Source: the human T2T-CHM13v2.0 reference genome, Homo sapiens
Direction: 5' to 3' (one strand)
DNA length: 64,000 bases
Assembly (NCBI RefSeq): GCF_009914755.1
Contig: NC_060940.1
Each line of letters begins with the position of its first letter. Position 1 is the stretch's first letter. A program made the position numbers and the translations under genes. Positions 57,301-64,000 of this stretch are shown one piece after another. The notes beneath the pieces were generated by a model. That model was not told where the DNA came from. It ran no database searches and saw only the letters and a list, made by a program, of their open reading frames with translations.

Positions 57301-58724
57301 GATTCCACTCGATTCCATTAGATGATTCCATTGGAGTCCATTTGATTGTTCCATTCGATTCCATTCGATTCCTTTCGAAGATTATTCCATTTGAGTCCAT
57401 TCGATGATGATTCCATTCCATTCCATTCGATGATTCCGTTTGATTCCATTCGATGATTCCCTGCGATTCCTTTCTATGATGATTCCATTCCATTCCATTC
57501 AATGATTCCATTCGAATCTATTCCATGATGATTCCTTTCGATTCCATTCGCTGATGTTTCCGTTCAATTCCATTCGATGATGATTCCATTCGATTCCATT
57601 CATTGAGGATTCCATTGGATTCCATTAAATGATTATTCCATTCTATTCCATTCAATGATTGCATTCAATTCCATTCAATGATTATGCCATTAGAGTAAAT
57701 TCAACGATTCCATTCAATACCATTCGATGATGATTCCTTTTGAGTCCATTCAATGATTTCATTCAAGTCCATTTGATGATTCCTTTCAATTCCATTCCAT
57801 GATGATTCCATTCGAGTCCATTCGATGATTCCATTCGATTGCATTCGATGATTCCATTATATTCCATTCAACGATGATTCCATTCGAGTCCATTCGATGA
57901 TTCCATTAGAGTACATTTAATGATTGCTTTGTTTTCAATTCGAAGATGATTACATTGGATTCCATTCTATGATTCCATTCGATTCCATTCATTGATGATT
58001 CCACCCAATTCCATTCGATGATGATTCCATTCGATTTCAATGATTCTACTCGATTCCATTCAATGATGATTCAATTCTATTCCGTTTGATGATTCCATTA
58101 GATTCCATTCTATGATGATTCCATTCGAGTCCATTCGAAGATTTCATTCGATTACATTCCATGACGATTCCATTCGAGTCCATTCGATGATTCCATTTGA
58201 ATCCATTCGACGATGATTCCATTTGATGCTATTCGATGATTCCATTGGATTCCATTCGATGATGATTCCATTCGACTTGATTTGATGTTTCTATTTGAGT
58301 CCATTCGGTTATTTTATTAGACTACATTCGATGATGATTCCATTCGATGCCATTCAGTGGTTCCATTTGATTCCACTCAATGATGATTGCATTCGTGTCC
58401 ATTCGATGATTCCATTTGGTTCCATTTGATGATGATTCCATTTGAGTCCATTCGATGATACCATTCAATTCCATTCGATGATCATTCCATTCGAATCCAT
58501 TTGATGATTCCACTCAATTCCATTTGATGACTCCTTTCATTCCCATTCGATGATTCCCTTCAGTTCCAATTGGATGATCTTTCCATTTGATTCAATATGG
58601 TGACTCCATTCTATTATATTCAATGATGATTCCATTCGACTCCATTAGATGATGACTTCATTCCATTCCATTCGATTGTGATTTCATTCGATTCCATTCG
58701 AAGATGATTCCATTCGAGTCCATT
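54326..58724 (+). repeat. Partial 12.7-kb unit, copy 4 (first ~4.4 kb)
   Basis: Matches 41657-~46080 (offsets 12669/12646/12642), lacks the extra 23-mer near 54840, and ends inside the 758-bp extra block. Confidence 0.9.
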
Positions 58725-61700
58725 CGATGATTCCATTCGATTTCATTCAACGATGATTTGATTCGTGTCCATTCGATGATTCCATTTGATTCCACTTGAT
58801 GATGATTCCATTCGAGTCCATTTGATGATTCCATTCAATTCCATTCTCCGATGACTTCTTTTGAGCCCATTCAATGCTTCCACTCGATTCCATATGATGA
58901 TGACTCCATTCGATGAAATTCGATGATGATTCCATTCGCTTGCATTCGATGATGATTCCACTTGAGTCCATTAGAAGATTCTATTCAATTACATTCCATG
59001 ACGATTCCGTTCGAGTCCATTTGATGATTCCATTAGACTCCATTCGACGATGATTCCATTCGAGGTTATTCGATGATTCCATTCGATCTCATTCGATGAT
59101 GATTCCATTCAACTCCATTCGATGTTTCCATTCGAGTTCATTCTATTATTCCATTAGATTCCATTCGATGATGATTCCATTCGATTCCATTTGATGATTG
59201 CATTCTATTTCATTTGATGATGATTCCATTCGAGTCCACTCGATGATTCCATTCGAGTCCATTTAATGAATATATTGGTTTCAATTCTATGATGATTACA
59301 TTGGATTACATTCGTTGATGATTTCATTCGGTTCCATTCAATGATGATTCTATTCAATTCCTTTCAATGTTTCCATTCAATTCCATACGATGATGATTAC
59401 ATTTGATTTGATTCGACAGTGAGCCATTCGATTAAATTCCATGATGATTCTATTTGATTCAATTGGTTGACATTTCCATTCGATTCCATTCGATGATGAT
59501 TCCCTTTGATTCAATTCAAAGATGATTCCATTCTAGCCCATTCAATCATTCCATTCGATTCTATTCAATGATGATTCCATTCATGTCGATTTGGTGATTC
59601 CATTTGACTTCATTTGATGATGATTCCTTTCAAGTTCATTAGATGATTCCATTCGATTCCATTTGATGATGATCCCATTCGAGTCCATTCAGTGATTCCA
59701 CTCGTTTCCATTCCATGATGATTCCATTCCATTCCATTCAATGATTCCATTCGATTCCGTTTGATGATGATTTCATTCGAGTCCATTTGATGATTCCATT
59801 TCATTCCATTCGATGATGATTCCATTCGAGTCCATTTGATGATTCTATTCGAATCCATTTGATGATTTCTTTTGATTATAGTTGGTGATGATTCCATTGG
59901 AGTCCATTCAATGATTCCATTCGATTCCAATCGATGATGATTCCATTAGAGTCCATTTAATGATTCCATTTGATTCCAGTCTCTGATGATTACATTCGAG
60001 TCCATACGATGATTCCACTCAATTCCATATGATGATGATTCCATTCGATTCCATTCGATGATTCCATTCTATTCTATTCAATGGTGATTCCATTCGATTC
60101 CATTCAATGATGATTCTATTTGTGTCCCTTAGATGATTCCACATGATTCCATTAGATGATGATACTATTTGAGCCCATCCAATGATTCCCTTCGATTCCA
60201 TTCGATGAGGATTCCATTCGATTCAGTTCATTGGTGATTCTATTCAATTCAATTCTTTGATTCCATTCCATTCCATTCGACAATGATTCCATTCGATTTC
60301 TTTCGATGATTCCACTCGATTCCACTTGACATTGATTCCCTTCGATTCCATTCAATGATTCCATTTGATTCCAGTGGATGATGATTGCCATCGATTCCAT
60401 TCGATCACTCCATTCTATTCCATTTGATGATGATTACATTCGATTCCATTTGACGATTCCATCTGATTCTATTCGAGGATTCCATTTGATTCCATTCGAT
60501 GATGATTCCCTTCGAGTCCATTCGATGATTTCATTCGAGTACATCCAATGATTCCATTCGAGTCCATTTGATGATTCCATTTGATTCCATTTGATAATGA
60601 TTCTACTAGAGTCCATTCAATGACTCCATTGGAGTCCATTCAACAATTCCATTCGACTCCATTTGATGATTCCATTCGATTCCATTTGATGATTCCATTC
60701 GAGTCCATTTAATCATTACAGTCGAGTCCATTTGGTGATTCCACCGGATTTCTTTTGATAATGATACCATTCAATTACATTTGATGATGATCCCATTCAA
60801 TTTCATTTGATGGTGATTCCATTAGAGTCCATTCGATGATTTCATTCGAGTCCCTTCATTGATTCCATCCGATTTCATTGGATGATGACTCCATTCGAGT
60901 CCATTCGATGATTCCACTCGATTCCATTAGATGATTCCATTGGAGTCCATTTGATTTTTCCATTCGATTCCATTCGATTTCTTTCGAAGATTATTCCATT
61001 TGAGTCCATTCGATGATGATTCCATTTCATTCCATTCGATGATTCCGTTTGATTCCATTCGATGATTCCCTTCGATTCCTTTCTTTGATGATTCCATTCC
61101 ATTCCATTCAATGATTCCATTCGAATCTATTCCATGATGATTCCTTTCGATTCCATTCGCTGATGTTTCCTTTCAATTCCATTCGATGATGATTCCATTC
61201 GATTCCATTCATTGAGGATTCCATTTGATTCCATTCAATGATGATTCCGTTCTATTCCATTCAATGATTGCATTCAATTCCATTCAATGATTATCCCCTT
61301 AGAGTAAACTCAACGATTCCATTCAATACCATTCGATGGTGTTTCCTTTTGAGTCCATTCAATGATTTCATTCAAGTCCATTTGATGATTCCTTTCAATT
61401 CCATTCTATGATGATTCCATTCGAGTCCATTCGATGATTCCATTCGATTGCATTCGATGATTCCATTATATTCCAGTCAACGATGATTCCATTCGAGTCC
61501 ATTCGATGATTCCATTAGAGTACATTTAATGATTGCTTTGTTTTCAATTCGAAGATGATTACATTGGATTCCATTCTATGATACCATTCGATTCCATTCA
61601 ATGATGATTCCACTCAAATCCATTGGATGATTCCATTCGTGTCCATTCGGTGATTTCATTAGATTCCATTCGAGGATGATTCCATTCGATTCCATTCGAT

Positions 61701-64000
61701 GATTCCATTCAATTCCATTCGATGATGATTCCATTCCAGTCCATATGATCATTCCATTTGATTTCATTCGATGATGATTCCATTCGATTCCATTCGATGA
61801 TTCCATTCTATTCCATTCGATGATGATTCCATTCGAGTCCATTCGATGATTCCATTCGAGTCCATTTAATGATTCCATTGGGTTCAATTCAATGATGATT
61901 ACATTGGATTCCGTTCTATGATTCCATTCAATTCCTTTCATTGACAATTTGATTCCATTCGATGATGATTCAATTTGAGTTCATTCGATGATTCTATTCG
62001 ATTCTCTTCGATGGTGATTCAATTCTATTATATTGGATGATTCCATTCGATTCCATTTGATGTTGATTCAATTCGATTCTATTCGATGATGATTCCATTG
62101 GATTTCACTTGATGATTCTATTCGATTCCATTCAATGATGATTCACTTCTCGTCCATTGGATGATTCCATTTCATTCCATTCGATGATGATTTCCTTCGA
62201 TTCCATGCGACGGTGAGCAATTCGATTCAATTCCATGATGATTCTATTTGATTCAATTAGATGATGTTTCCATTCGAATCCATTCCATGATTATTCCATT
62301 GGAATCCATTTGGCGATGATTCCATATGAGTCAATTCAATGATGATTCCATATGGGTCCGTTCGATGATAATTCCATTTGATTTCATTCAATGCTTCTAT
62401 TCTATTCCAGTCAATGATGATTCCGTTGGAGTCCATACGATGATTCCATTTGATTTCATTTGATGATGGTTCCATTCGATGATGATTACATTGGATTCCA
62501 TTCTATGATTCCATTCAATTCCATTCGTTGATGATTCGATTCCATTCAATGATGATTCCATTTGAGTTCATTCGATGATTCTATTCGATTCCGTTCGATG
62601 GTGATTCAATTCTATTATATTGGATGATTCCACTCGATTCCATTTGATGATTATTCCATTGGAGTCCACTTAGTGAATCCTTTAGATTCTACTCGAAGAT
62701 GATTCCATTCGAGTCCATTCCATGATACCATTCAATTTCATTCGTTGATGCTTCCATTCAAGTGCATTCGATGATATCATTCGATTCCATTTGATGATAA
62801 TTCCATTTGATTCCATGCGATGATTCTATTCGATTCCATTCAATGATAATTCCATTCAATTCAGTGATTCCTCTGGACTCCATTTGATGATGATACCATT
62901 CAATGATTCCATTCGATTCTATTCCAAAATGATTCCATTTGAATCCATTTGATGATGATTCCATTAGATTCCATTTGATGATTCCATTCGATTGCATTTG
63001 ACGATGATTCCATTCGATTCCATTTGATGATTCCATTCGATTCCATTTGATGATGATTGGATTCGATTCCATTTGATGATTTCATTTGATTCCATTCGTT
63101 AATGATTTCGATCAACTCCATTCGATGATTCCATTTGATTCCATTCGATAATGATTACATCCGAGTCCATTCGATGATTCCATTTGAGCCCGTTCGATAA
63201 TTCCATTTGAGTCCAATCAATGATTCCATTCATTTCCATTCAATGATTCCATTCGAGTCCATTTGATCATTCTGGTAGGGTCCGTTCGATGTTGATTCCA
63301 TTGGAGTGCATTCGATGATTCCATTCGAGTCCATTTTATGATTTGATTCGAGTCCTTTCGATGATTCCATTCGATTCCACTCGATGATGATTTCATTCGA
63401 GTCCATTCGACACTTCCAATCGATTCCATTTGATGTTTCCATTCGAGTCCAATTGATGATTCCATTCAATTCCATTCGATGATGATACCGTACGATTCCA
63501 TTCTGTGATGATTCCATGTGATTGCATTCAATGATGATTCCTTTCGACTGCATTTGATTATGATTCATTTCGTGTTCATTCTATGGTTCCACAGGTTTCC
63601 ATTCGATGACGTTTCCGTTCGTGTCCATTCCATTATTCCATTCTATTTCATTTGATGATGATTCCATTCGATTCCATTCATTGGTGATTCCACTCAATTC
63701 CATTCAATGATTCCATTCCATTTCTTTCAACAATGATTCCATTACTTTCTATTCGATGATCCACTTGATTCCATTTGGCGATGATTCCATTCGTGTCCAT
63801 TCGATGATTCCATTTGATTCCATATGATGATGATTCCATTCGATTCCATACCATGATGATTCCATTCGAGTCCATTCAATGGTGATTCCATTCAATTCCA
63901 TTCGATGATTCCTTCCGATTCCATTCGATGATGATGGCATTCGATTCCTTTCAATCATTCCCTTTGATTCCATTCAAAGGTGATTTCATTCAAGTCCATT
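58725..64000 (+). repeat. 6.1-kb unit resumes (offsets ~768-6099)
   Basis: ORF markers 790/58747, 1653/59610, 3642/61576, 4847/62758 and 5777/63678. None of the four extra blocks is present. Indels versus copy 1 are -23, -23, -26 and +16. Confidence 0.92.

Larger units (their letters stand above)
1..64000 (+). repeat. Human satellite II (HSat2/HSATII) pericentromeric tandem array, probably HSat2B type
   Basis: Continuous ATTCCATTCG(ATG)1-2 grammar (e.g. gatgatgattccattcgattccattc, gagtccattc) with dense TCGA and GANTC sites. Pure (CATTC)n runs are only 2-3 units long, which favours HSat2 over HSat3. Same strand throughout. Confidence 0.97.

Noticed and set aside
13100-58724. Island as a mobile element with a ~110-bp target-site duplication
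   Set aside because: There are no terminal repeats, poly(A) tail or coding capacity. The content is satellite and both ends lie in internal homology, which fits recombination.
296-63973. All listed minus-strand ORFs (MESSNGIEWNH-type peptides)
   Set aside because: They are translations of the GAATG strand, which is rich in ATG and poor in stop codons, while the + strand is full of TGA. They overlap in all frames, are low complexity and show no domain or gene structure. I used them only as alignment markers.
1-64000. CRISPR-like array (23-26-bp repeats)
   Set aside because: There are no unique spacers, leader or cas genes. The repeats are contiguous degenerate satellite monomers.
1-64000. 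HSat3 assignment, strand inversion or embedded Alu/L1
   Set aside because: There are no long pure CATTC runs, I saw no GAATG-oriented tract on the + strand, and I saw no non-satellite stretch.

Overview
The whole 64 kb is one uninterrupted, single-orientation array of human satellite II (HSat2/HSATII). It is built from diverged ATTCCATTCG blocks plus (ATG)1-2 spacers forming 23/26-bp monomers, with CATTC on the + strand. I see no genes, transposons, inversions or non-satellite DNA, and the minus-strand ORFs are translation artefacts. The real content is higher-order structure. A ~6.1-kb repeat unit (1-13099 and 58725-64000) flanks a ~45.6-kb island of about 3.6 tandem copies of a ~12.66-kb unit (13100-58724). 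The 6.1-kb period matches what I recall for the chr16q11.2 HSat2B array, but I have not verified this. The long unit is not a dimer of the short one. It is the complete 6112-bp unit in colinear order plus four extra blocks (758, 2013, 105 and 3672 bp) and small indels, which sum exactly to 12,665 bp. Internal paralogy suggests the long unit preserves an older, less-deleted state from which the 6.1-kb unit arose. Both island junctions fall in regions of old internal homology. All offsets come from manual alignment and the ORF track, and breakpoints are uncertain by about 10-30 bp.
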